A stretch of DNA of 56,617 nt, filler included, from a bacterium (GTDB lineage Bacteria; UBA9089; CG2-30-40-21; SBAY01), in assembly GCA_040757115.1 (NCBI GenBank). It is 3 parts of 3 records of this genome, joined end to end, with 100 filler letters (N's around TTAATTAATTAA, not from the genome) between each part and the next. Parts side by side here need not be neighbours in the genome. Positions count along the whole stretch, not along the records: positions 1 to 18,820 come from JBFLYA010000063.1; positions 18,921 to 37,720 come from JBFLYA010000064.1; 1 more part is not named here. The stretch is one strand, 5' to 3'. The notes beneath the pieces were generated by a model. That model was not told the DNA's origin. It saw only the letters and a list, made by a program, of their open reading frames with translations, and did not search any database. How positions within the stretch are numbered: the stretch's first letter is position 1; the number at the start of each line of letters is the position of its first letter. A program made the position numbers and the translations under genes. Of the stretch, positions 7,942-22,400 are shown in pieces.

Positions 7942-9060
7942 TTATCCTTTTCCTAAACTTCCCATCCTTTTCCTGATTTCTCTAGGACAATAACATCCCA
8001 TTTCATTATCTTTTTGCCATCTTAATTCAACAAAATTAATTGTATTCTCCCTCGAAACCTTAAAAAGATCAAATATCGTATATGATTCTCTGAATGAATT
8101 TTTTGTGACTAATTCATATCCTACCCATTCTCTAACTGGTGACTTTGGAAAGGTATAATGTAGGGAGATGTTTTTTATCTCACAATCCATTCTCACACCA
8201 TCTTTTTCTATGATTATTGATCTTCTCTCTGTGACATCTTTTCTTTCCCCTCTTCTTCTATCTCTATCTCCTGGCAGAAAAACTCCTCTTCGAGCAATAA
8301 AACCCTCATATTCATCTTTCTTAATATTACTTGATAATAATCCTTTTAGACACATTTCATTTTCATCATTACTTTGAGGATATAACTTGAGTAATTTTAA
8401 GAATTCCTCCTGGGCTCTTTCAGGTATAATATCACACCTTCTTATAGAAGGAAAATAAGAATATAAATCAGGATACTTCTCATTAAAAATTTGATTAGAA
8501 TAGTAAATTTCAAAGAGTGGAGTATCAAGAGACAAACCAATTTTACCAATTTTCTTCGGCATCACTTTATATCCAATTTCCTTTCCCTCTAAGTTTGTAG
8601 CTTGCTTTGCTTCTAATGTTCCAAAAAATATTGTATAGAAATCTCTTTTTGTTAAAAGAAGAGTATCATTTATTTGGCCTTCCCTCTTTAAATATCCAAC
8701 ATATTGATACTCTAATAATGTGTCTAATAGAAACGCTTCAAATAGTGTAGTGTTTTGAGGAAGCATAATATTTTCACTTAAGAACTCTTTTTCAAAACTT
8801 TTGATTGGTCTATGCCGTTCAAATTTAAGACCACTAATAACAAAATTATTCACACTGTCTAAAATAGATTCACCATTTTCATCACTTTTCTTAAAAAGAA
8901 GACTTGCTTCCTTTCCTTTAAATTTATATCCTATCCTTTTTAATGAATTCTCTATTAACATCATCTCAGGCATAATATTACTCCCTCTCCCTTTTTGTAA
9001 AAAAATCTCACTTTCTCTTTTTGTTGCCTGATATAAAGTATATTTACTATCTTCTTTCAA
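7942..9060 (-). CDS. hypothetical protein, possible C-terminal PilZ-like domain
   Basis: 372-aa ORF; RRRGER..V and CEIKNIS near the C-terminus. Confidence 0.6.
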   Translation of the reverse strand: MKEDSKYTLYQATKRESEIFLQKGRGSNIMPEMMLIENSLKRIGYKFKGKEASLLFKKSDENGESILDSVNNFVISGLKFERHRPIKSFEKEFLSENIMLPQNTTLFEAFLLDTLLEYQYVGYLKREGQINDTLLLTKRDFYTIFFGTLEAKQATNLEGKEIGYKVMPKKIGKIGLSLDTPLFEIYYSNQIFNEKYPDLYSYFPSIRRCDIIPERAQEEFLKLLKLYPQSNDENEMCLKGLLSSNIKKDEYEGFIARRGVFLPGDRDRRRGERKDVTERRSIIIEKDGVRMDCEIKNISLHYTFPKSPVREWVGYELVTKNSFRESYTIFDLFKVSRENTINFVELRWQKDNEMGCYCPREIRKRMGSLGKG

Positions 9061-9346
9061 GCATCGTTCTAAATTCTCTTAAGTTTCTTTTGGGTTCTTC
9101 TCCTAAAATTTCTTCTTCTTCCCATAGAGAATTAAAAAACTCCCACGCTTCTTCATATAACATTCTTTCTGCCACTTCCTTTGTCTTTTCTATATTTGGA
9201 TTTATTTTCCCAATGCCATAAAACTTTTTCAACCCTTCAAAATATGCAAATATCATTTCCTCTTCTTGTACAAACTTTATTCTCTTTTTCCATTTTTCAC
9301 CTATCTTTCTTAGAAATTCTCTTTTAAGAAGCATATCTTCAGGCAT
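9047..9346 (-). CDS. hypothetical charged protein
   Basis: 99 aa, AGGAGG RBS, overlaps the next ORF. Confidence 0.65.
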   Translation of the reverse strand: MPEDMLLKREFLRKIGEKWKKRIKFVQEEEMIFAYFEGLKKFYGIGKINPNIEKTKEVAERMLYEEAWEFFNSLWEEEEILGEEPKRNLREFRTMLERR

Positions 9347-9640
9347 TTTAATTATCCCCCTCCTAAAGCATCCTTCCCCTTCAAAATTAGATGCTTTTTT
9401 AACTTCAACTATAAGATAAATTTATTTTTTACTTATAGCGGTTATTAAGTAAAAGCGTTCCTGTTTTATGGATTATGAATTTAGGATTTGAGATTACAGT
9501 CTTCAATCCTCAATTCTTTTACCTTGTAATTCTCTATTCTTTATCTTTAATCCGTAATTCTTAAATTCGTAATTTATCAATTTGATTTTTGGTATATTAT
9601 ACTTTGAATAGTTACCAAAAAAGAAACAACTTAAAGTAGC

Positions 9641-13122
<3,482 letters not shown>

Positions 13123-13258
13123 ATGCCACTTTAAGTTGATTCTTTTTTAAGATGCTCAAGTTTCCCATATTTAATTATCAAAGAGCGTATATTATTTATG
13201 GCTTTGTTGCCATTTACTTTCTTCTCTGTAATAACATAATCTACTTTTCCCTTCTTTC

Positions 13259-13456
13259 CTAACTATAATGTGAACAACCAATATATTTAACTAAAAATTT
13301 ACCTTCTTTACATTGAATCATAACTTTTATATTTTTTAAACACTTCCAACACCATATTTCTGTTTCTTTTATGTCTCCTTCTTTGAAAATTTTAGAATCT
13401 ATTATTACTTCACTCGACTTAGAAACTTTTTCTCTTTTTATATTTACTTTTAACAA
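13259..13456 (-). CDS. small ITS-encoded protein with CxxC
   Basis: 65 aa, TTG start with GGAGGT RBS; CWKC..C..CSH. Confidence 0.6.
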   Translation of the reverse strand: MLKVNIKREKVSKSSEVIIDSKIFKEGDIKETEIWCWKCLKNIKVMIQCKEGKFLVKYIGCSHYS

Positions 13457-13504
13457 AATATCTTACCTCCCAATAATTTCAACAACGAGATTAAAAATGT
13501 CATT

Positions 13505-13666
13505 TCATTCTTTCCTCTGTTGACTTATTGGAAATATTTTTAATTTACCTTCTTCCTTACAAACAGAAAATTTTTTTTTATTTAGAGCTACAATTTCGCA
13601 CATTCCTTCCTTTATTTTTTCTGGATCAATTTCCAAAACTCTTTCTTTTTTTTGTTTATTTTCCAT
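13505..13666 (-). CDS. small ITS-encoded protein (53 aa, not in ORF track)
   Basis: MENKQKKERVLEIDPEKIKEGMCEIVALNKKKFSVCKEEGKLKIFPISQQRKE*; GAGGTG RBS; resembles 13259-13456. Confidence 0.6.
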   Translation of the reverse strand: MENKQKKERVLEIDPEKIKEGMCEIVALNKKKFSVCKEEGKLKIFPISQQRKE

Positions 13667-13690
13667 TTTTGTCACACCTCTTCTGATTTT

Positions 13691-13766
13691 TGGTGGAGAT
13701 GAGCGGGGTTGAACCGCTGGCCTCCTGGTTGCAAACCAGGCGCTCTCCCAACTGAGCTACATCCCC
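13691..13766 (-). tRNA. tRNA-Ala(TGC)
   Basis: GGGGATGTAGCTCAGTTGGGAGAGCG..TTGCAA..GGTTCAACCCC..CCA. Confidence 0.97.
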
Positions 13767-13814
13767 TCTTTGGGTAATTGGTAACTATTTTAACCATTTA
13801 CCACTTACCAAAAG

Positions 13815-13891
13815 TGGTGGGCCTATGTGGTCTCGAACCACAGACCTTACGCTTATCAGGCGTACGCTCTAACCACCTGAGCTATAGGCCC
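13815..13891 (-). tRNA. tRNA-Ile(GAT)
   Basis: GGGCCTATAGCTCAGGTGGTTAGAGCG..CTGATAA..GGTTCGAGACC..CCA. Confidence 0.97.
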
Positions 13892-14152
13892 AAAGAAGTT
13901 ATTTTAAATTTATCTTTCTGGAATGAAAATCTGTGGGAAGAAATCTTTTGATTTTTTGCTCAATTGACTCAATTTAGTGTGGGATTATTATTTTCTTCTC
14001 AATTTGTTTCATCTCTTACCTTACTTTGTAGCCCATAGCTCTATTTTTATAATAAAAATGCACAGTTTTTCTTCCTGATTTTATCTTGTATCCCTCAAAG
14101 CTGAATAGGAGTTAATAAAAGTCGTAGGGTTTTTTTGGAATTTGAGTAAACT

Positions 14153-15768
<1,616 letters not shown>

Positions 15769-15844
15769 AATTTGTTTTTTACTTTTGTTTTCCCCTAAGG
15801 CTAAAACTCCTATTCAGTTTTCAAGGAACATTCCTCTGATTATA

Positions 15845-15873
15845 AGTATAACACTTCGTCTGTTTTTTGTCAA
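15845..15873 (-). promoter_or_regulatory. rrn promoter
   Basis: TTGACA-N17-TATACT with A-rich upstream tract. Confidence 0.8.
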
Positions 15874-15892
15874 GTGTTTTTTTATATTTTTT

Positions 15893-16870
15893 TTAAAAAA
15901 TTTCTTTTTCCCCGTAACTATCTAAATTTATTAAAGTTGCAAAAGATGGATTTGGGAAATCCCTTTTTACATCCTCGTGTCGGGTTGAAGAAATAACACA
16001 ACTGTAACGAGTTTTTAATATTTCTAACCCCTCTTTTGGTGATAATAATTTCGTTTTTATTTCGTTTTGCACCTTGTCAATTTTAAGTCCTGCTTTTAGT
16101 GGTCGTGGAGCCTTTTGCCCCAGTTCTAATGTCGTTTTAGGAACTATCAAACTTTTATTTAACCCCAAAATCTCTGCTGACAAAATAGCAAATTCAAACC
16201 TATTCATCACCTCGCTACCAACTACATTGTAGATACCTCTTTTATCCCTTTGAATCAGTTCAATCGTTGCCTCTACCAGATTATCTCTGAATGTAGGACT
16301 ACCAATTTGATCTACCGGGATATTCATTATCTCCCCATTTGTGTTTTTTCGAATAAGTTGCATAATAAAATTTTTACCATCTCTATCATAGCCATAAACA
16401 ACTGTAGTTCTAATAATGAGGTAATCGTGCAAATTATCTATAATTGCCCTTTCTGCCTCTAATTTTGTTCTGCCATAATAACTAATTGGATTGGGCAAAT
16501 CAACCTCTGAATAAGGTCCTGCTTGTCCATCAAAGACATATTCTGTTGAGAAGAAGACGAGTTTTGCCCCAATTTCTTTAGCCATCAAGGCTACATTTGT
16601 TGTGCCTAAAACATTTATTTCAAAGGCCTCTTTTTGATGGTCTTCGCAATAATCTACATAAGTAAGTGCGGCAGCAAGAATAATCACGCTCGGTTTTATT
16701 TCTCTAATTAGTCGCTCAACACCTTCTCTATCGGTAATATCTAAATACTGAAGTTCATCCTTTACTTGCTGTTGCGGGTAGGATGTTCCGATAACCTCAT
16801 TCTCTTTTGATAAAATTTCATACAAAAGACTGCCAACAAATCCCGATGCTCCAATTATTAGTATTGTCAT
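15893..16870 (-). CDS. rfbD: dTDP-4-dehydrorhamnose reductase-like SDR
   Basis: GASGFVG, AALTYVDYCE, STEYVFDG, YGRTK, DQIGSPT. Confidence 0.85.
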   Translation of the reverse strand: MTILIIGASGFVGSLLYEILSKENEVIGTSYPQQQVKDELQYLDITDREGVERLIREIKPSVIILAAALTYVDYCEDHQKEAFEINVLGTTNVALMAKEIGAKLVFFSTEYVFDGQAGPYSEVDLPNPISYYGRTKLEAERAIIDNLHDYLIIRTTVVYGYDRDGKNFIMQLIRKNTNGEIMNIPVDQIGSPTFRDNLVEATIELIQRDKRGIYNVVGSEVMNRFEFAILSAEILGLNKSLIVPKTTLELGQKAPRPLKAGLKIDKVQNEIKTKLLSPKEGLEILKTRYSCVISSTRHEDVKRDFPNPSFATLINLDSYGEKEIF

Positions 16871-16920
16871 CTTTACTCCTTACTGTTGGTGATTGATGAT
16901 TGGTAAACCCTGATATTAAA

Positions 16921-16949
16921 AGTATACTCGATTGAAAGATAAATGTCAA
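16921..16949 (-). promoter_or_regulatory. sigma70 promoter of the rfbD-like gene
   Basis: TTGACA-N17-TATACT. Confidence 0.65.
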
Positions 16950-16961
16950 ATGTTTTTTACA

Positions 16962-18533
16962 TTATCCAATCTTCTGACCACTTCCCACAAATATCAATAC
17001 TCCACATAGTATTAGACAGCTAAAGGCAAATATGTCTCCAAATTTTGTATAAAATGTCCTTTTATTCATCGGAGAGATATTAGAAATAATCACCCCTTCT
17101 TTGCCTATATCCAGAATTTCTTTAACCTCACCATAGGGGGTAATAATCGCCGATATACCGGTATTACCTGCTCTTAAAAAATACCTTTTGTTTTCCACAG
17201 CACGAAATATATCCATCGTAAAATGTTGATAATAAGAACCCTCTGTCCGCGACCAGGCATCATTAGTAATATTTACGATAAACTCTGCCCCATTTTTTAC
17301 AAATCTGCGGGTCAAATCACCAAATATCCCCTCATAACAGATAAGCACATTAAATCTTGCTGGTTTTTGAAACACGGTTAATTTTTTACCAGGTGAATAA
17401 TAGCCTGCTTGCGGAAGTATCTTTCTCATAATTGGCAGAATACCTTCTAAAGGAAGCATTTCACCATAAGGCACAAGATGTATCTTGTCGTAGAGCTCAA
17501 TTATTTTCCCTGAATTTGAGAATAAAAAGGCACTATTGTAATATTCGGTTTTTGTATTTTTAAACTCAATATGAGGTGCGCCAACAAGTAAATATGTTCG
17601 CATCTCCTTTGCCAGAGAAGATAATCTTTCTCTCAAAGAAGTAAGGAGATGAGGTGAATCAAGAATGGCGGTTTCGGTCCAGATAACCAGAGATGGTTGT
17701 TGATTTTTTGCCTTTCTGGTCAGACGAATTAGACCTTGAAGAATCTTCTCCTGGTTGATACTCCAATCCCAGCTTTTTTCTATGCCAATATTGCTTTGAA
17801 TAATAGCTACCTTTAAATCAGGGACAGATAACCCTTTTTGCATCACCATAAATCCATAAATGTAATACCCAACAATCACCAGGAGACAAAAAGGTAAGGC
17901 AAAAGGAATTCGGATATATTGATGGCTAAAAATTGGCTTTTGGGATTTTAATCTTTGAGTTTTCACCTCTGTGAGTCGTTGCAACTGAAGTAAAACTACC
18001 GCCACGGCTGAATTAACTAAAAGAATTAAGAAAGAAATGCCAAAAACACCTGTTTTATCTGCTATTTGAATAAGCATAAGATTTTGATACTGGGAATAAC
18101 CTAATATTCCCCACGGAAAACCACCAAACGGGAAAAAAGACCGGATAAACTCAATTGCTACCCAAACCAGAGGGGCAAGTAATACTTTAAAAAGCCTTAT
18201 TTTATTGTCAAGAAATTTAACGATTAATCCAAAAAAACCAATGTAACTTCCTAGAGTTAAAATAATCAGAAGCCAACCAATGCTTAACATCCATGCAGGG
18301 ACGAGATAGAGTTTTATCCCGGCTATCCAGTAAAGTAATCCACCAAAGAAAATCACCCCTGTCAGAAAACTAAAAATAAAATTTTTTAGTCGTCCTTGTT
18401 CTAACTTTAAAACTATCAATAAAGGAACCAACCCAATAAACGCCATTCCTGATAGGTTAAATGGCGGGAAGGCAAAAATTAAAAGGATACCCGAAAGTAG
18501 TGATAAAAAAAGTTTCAGGATAAAAAATAACAT
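16962..18533 (-). CDS. lnt: apolipoprotein N-acyltransferase
   Basis: AFPP, GFPWG.LGYSQ, W.E, YDKIHLVPYGE, ICYE, TNDAW, RAVEN; start trimmed to MLFFILK. Confidence 0.95.
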   Translation of the reverse strand: MLFFILKLFLSLLSGILLIFAFPPFNLSGMAFIGLVPLLIVLKLEQGRLKNFIFSFLTGVIFFGGLLYWIAGIKLYLVPAWMLSIGWLLIILTLGSYIGFFGLIVKFLDNKIRLFKVLLAPLVWVAIEFIRSFFPFGGFPWGILGYSQYQNLMLIQIADKTGVFGISFLILLVNSAVAVVLLQLQRLTEVKTQRLKSQKPIFSHQYIRIPFALPFCLLVIVGYYIYGFMVMQKGLSVPDLKVAIIQSNIGIEKSWDWSINQEKILQGLIRLTRKAKNQQPSLVIWTETAILDSPHLLTSLRERLSSLAKEMRTYLLVGAPHIEFKNTKTEYYNSAFLFSNSGKIIELYDKIHLVPYGEMLPLEGILPIMRKILPQAGYYSPGKKLTVFQKPARFNVLICYEGIFGDLTRRFVKNGAEFIVNITNDAWSRTEGSYYQHFTMDIFRAVENKRYFLRAGNTGISAIITPYGEVKEILDIGKEGVIISNISPMNKRTFYTKFGDIFAFSCLILCGVLIFVGSGQKIG

Positions 18534-18634
18534 CTTGACTTTTAGTATATCAAATTTTATCCTCATTTGTAAATAAATTTTTTCGACCTGTGAAATAGGT
18601 CGACCTGGGAAAACAAAATTATACTCCACTGCTT

Positions 18635-18712
18635 GGTGTAAGAAAAGGAGATATGGGGATTATGGAGATAAGGAGATAAATTCATTCTAAAATTTTGCGA
18701 CCTGTGCGGTTG
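18635..18712. repeat. end of a GTGTAA-type dispersed repeat
   Basis: Near reverse complement of 35676-35738; followed by CGACCTGTGCGGTT, also seen at ~56495. Confidence 0.6.
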
Positions 18713-18820
18713 GGAATTATCAATAATGATGGGATAAGAAGTTAAAGAAAAGCGTTAATTTTGCCGATATAAATGGTAGCAACAATAAAAAAAGGAGGGC
18801 TACCAAATGGGAAATTATAA

Positions 18821-18920
18821 NNNNNNNNNNNNNNNNNNNNNNNNNNNNNNNNNNNNNNNNNNNNTTAATTAATTAANNNNNNNNNNNNNNNNNNNNNNNN
18901 NNNNNNNNNNNNNNNNNNNN
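18821..18920. other. contig linker (assembly artefact)
   Basis: N-run, TTAATTAATTAA six-frame stop linker, N-run. Confidence 0.95.
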
Positions 18921-19222
18921 ATCTTTTCAAATCGTCCTTCCATCTTTTCAAATCGTCCTTCCATCTTTTCAAAGCGCTCATCAATCTTTTCAAATCGTCC
19001 TTCCATTTTTTCAAAGCGCTCATCAATCTTTTCAAATCGCTCATCAATCAATATTCGCAAACTAGAAAGTTCCTTGTCAAGATGAAGGATATGGTTAAAT
19101 TGTGACTGCAACAGTAATGGAATAGCACTCTCTACTGTTAATTTGCCTTCTTCTTCTATCTGTCTTTTTGCGTTTTTTACAGCATTATTCAGGAAATTTT
19201 GTAATATTTCATCTTCTAACAT
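18921..19222 (-). CDS. coiled-coil protein with 7-aa tandem repeats, truncated by contig end
   Basis: IDERFEK/MEGRFEK units encoded by 21-bp repeats that run into the gap. Confidence 0.75.
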
Positions 19223-19272
19223 AATCTTTTACCTTATACTCGAGTAAAGATTCATCCTAATTATTTAGCCTT

Positions 19273-19379
19273 CTGAAGTGATATAATAGTTGGTAGTTTC
19301 ACGATTCAATTGAGCACGGTAGAAAAATAAGCTCCTCTGCTCCTTGTTCCTTGCTTCTTAAACCTACTATCTCACTTCA
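19273..19379. repeat. short inverted-repeat element
   Basis: TGAAGTGATATAATAG / CTACTATCTCACTTCA imperfect inverted ends. Confidence 0.45.
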
Positions 19380-19411
19380 TCCGGGTAAATTAATTACGCT
19401 TTACATTACCT

Positions 19412-22400
19412 TTATTTCACTATCCCAATTGCGTGTGTTTCAACCTTCATCCTACCACCAATTTGTGCTACCTTAATCTGATAGACATAGATACCATTTT
19501 CAGTAATCTCACCACCATTGGTTCTTCCATCCCAGATAGCCAATACTCGACTTGCTCCTGCTGTAACTAATGTCCTTGGTAGTTCTCTTACCTCTTCACC
19601 GGTAGTATCGTAAATTTTAACGGTAATATACGAATCTCTACCTAAATCACCATGAAATTCGGTGAAATTACTACCACTTGGAGCAAATGGATTTTCAGTC
19701 AAAACTAAGTTAGCCAGAATAGTATCCGGGTCAACATCCCGACCTGCTATCCCCTGGTCTTTTATCCCAATGGCAAATTTACCTGTATGATTTATCTTCG
19801 CCATTACAGTCCTTGAAGCAATGTTAACTACACTGGGCAACATCATCCAATCATAACCATCGAAATAGTAAATTCGTAAGTCTTCTGCTTTAAGCGGTTG
19901 TTTCTGGAAATTGTTAATGTCACACTCTTCTACCAGACCATCCTGGTCAGCATCTGCATACCAGATAGTTAAAGTACCTTCCTTATTGAAAAGTTTCTTT
20001 GGAGTTATTTTATAAGCTGTGCCCGCAATACCAACAAATCCATTCGGGATTTCGGCTAAAGATGCTGGTTCAACCTTAAACTCAACATTCGCCCCTAAAG
20101 CACCGGCCTGGATATTAAGTGTAATATCATTTACCTCACCAAGAATGCCGCCGTTGGCACCAATTGTTTGTGTCTTCGTAAGTTGCTTATACACTACAGT
20201 AACTTGAATAGAAGCAGGAACTGTACTCGTATTATTATTATCATCCACTACATTCAAATAGACTGTATATAGCCCTGGATTAGCGAAGGAATAGGTAATA
20301 GCAGAAGTAGTAGTTGCAACTATCTGTGTTCCATTACCCGCAAATTCCCAAATATATGTTTTGATAATCCCATTATCCGTTGATTTGCTACCATCAAAGA
20401 TAACTGCCGCATCTTCTTCAACTGGCTTAGGATTTTGGTCAATTCCACTGTTGTTACAGTTAATATGAGGAACTGGAGTCTCTTTATCCTTCACAACTAT
20501 ACTTGTCTGGGTAGAAGCTTTATTTCCGGCATTATCCTGAACCTCTAATTTAACTGTATATGTCCCTATGTGGGTATATCTATGTGTACATTCCCAACCT
20601 GGTAAACTCAAGATATCTCCATCGCCAAATGTCCAGGTATATGTTACTATCTTTATATTATCTGTTGAACTCCCAGCATTAAATGTTACTATTTGATTTT
20701 GTTCTGGAGTAATTGGACTATAGGTGAAAACCGCTACTGGATTCTCATCATCTGTTATCGTTATCTCCCTGATACTGCTCTCTGATATATTTCCATCATC
20801 ATCTCTTGCCTCAATGGAATATCTTATCTTCCCAACACTATTGTTATTCGCCGTAAATGTCAATGTCCCGGTCCAGGTTCCTACATTTGCTACCGTTGAG
20901 GTCGAATACTCATTCCCATCCTGATAGTAATGTAAGATTATACTGGTTACCATATTATTATCCGTTACGGTTACTGGCACAAATACAGGGTCTCCGGTCG
21001 TCCCTTTCCTATCTCCTAACCCAGAAATTACTGGCTTCTCTGAATCTCCGACAACTACATTTTGACTCGTCAAACTACCATTTCTTGCTGCATCCTTAAC
21101 CTCTAATGTTACCGTGTATGTCTTTTTCTCTGCAAAACGATGTGTCACTACCCTCCCTGTAGCAGTCGCTCCATCTCCAAATCCCCAGTAATAACTTACT
21201 ACACCTATGTTATCATTCGACCCACTCGCATCAAATGTCACATCCTCATCCTGCTTCGGTGAACTCGGATCATAACTAAATGCTGCTGTCGGATCATCAT
21301 TGTCTGTTATCTTTATATACCACTTACCGCTAACTAATGTATTACCATCATAATCACTTGCCTCTACATAATATTCTATATCACTTACACTCGTATCAGT
21401 CGCAGTAAATGTAAATGTCCAATTCCAATTCTTCCCACTTCCTACTGTAGTCGTCGAATACTCATTTCCATCCTGACTGTAATGTACCGTCACTGTCGCT
21501 ACCTCATTATTGTCTGTTACTGTCACTGGTACTGATACCATATCCCCTGTGTTTCCTTTCCTGTTCGCTAACCCTGATATTACAGGCTTCTCTGAATCTC
21601 CTACCACTACATCCTGACTTGTCGAACTACCATTCCCTGCTGCATCCTTAACCTCTAATGTTACCGTGTATGTCTTTTTCTCTGCAAAACGATGTGTCAC
21701 TACCATCCCTGTAGCAGTCGCTCCATCTCCAAATCCCCAGTAATAACTTACTACACCTATGTTATCATTCGACCTACTCGCATCAAATGTCACATCCTCA
21801 TCCTGCTTCGGTGAACTTGGATCATAACTAAATGCCGGAGTAGGTGGCGTAACATCATTTACTGTAGCAAATGGGCTATTTGAAATATTACTTTCATTCC
21901 CAGCGGCATCTTCTGATATAACAGCATAATAGAAAGTCTTCCCTTCATCTGATGCAATACCCACATCATCATATTCAGTAGCAGTAGTCGTCCCTCTAAA
22001 AACAGCCGTAGATGTAGCATAAATAGGAGATGTCGCTCGATAAACGGTATAAAGTGTTACCCCTACATTATCTATTGGTTCTAACCATGTCAATTTCACC
22101 GTTCTACTTCCTGCAATTGGTTGAGCATCCAAAGTAGTAATTGCCTGCGGTGGTGTAGTATCAAGCACTGTTACAACAGTATTCACACCAATAGAAATAG
22201 CACTCTTATTACCTGTTCTATCTACTGCTATAACTGCATAGGCATAGGTCTGTCCTACAGTAACAGCACTATCAATGTATTGGAAATGATAAGTATATGT
22301 CCCTGGTAAATCCTCAGTAATATTAACCGGGTTATAATCTACTTGTGCTATTTGATTAACATCTATTAAATCAGCATCTACTAAGTTAGTTCCTTGCGCC

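Noticed and set aside
13900-14090. Further ORFs between tRNA-Ile and 16S
   Set aside because: Only very short frames were found
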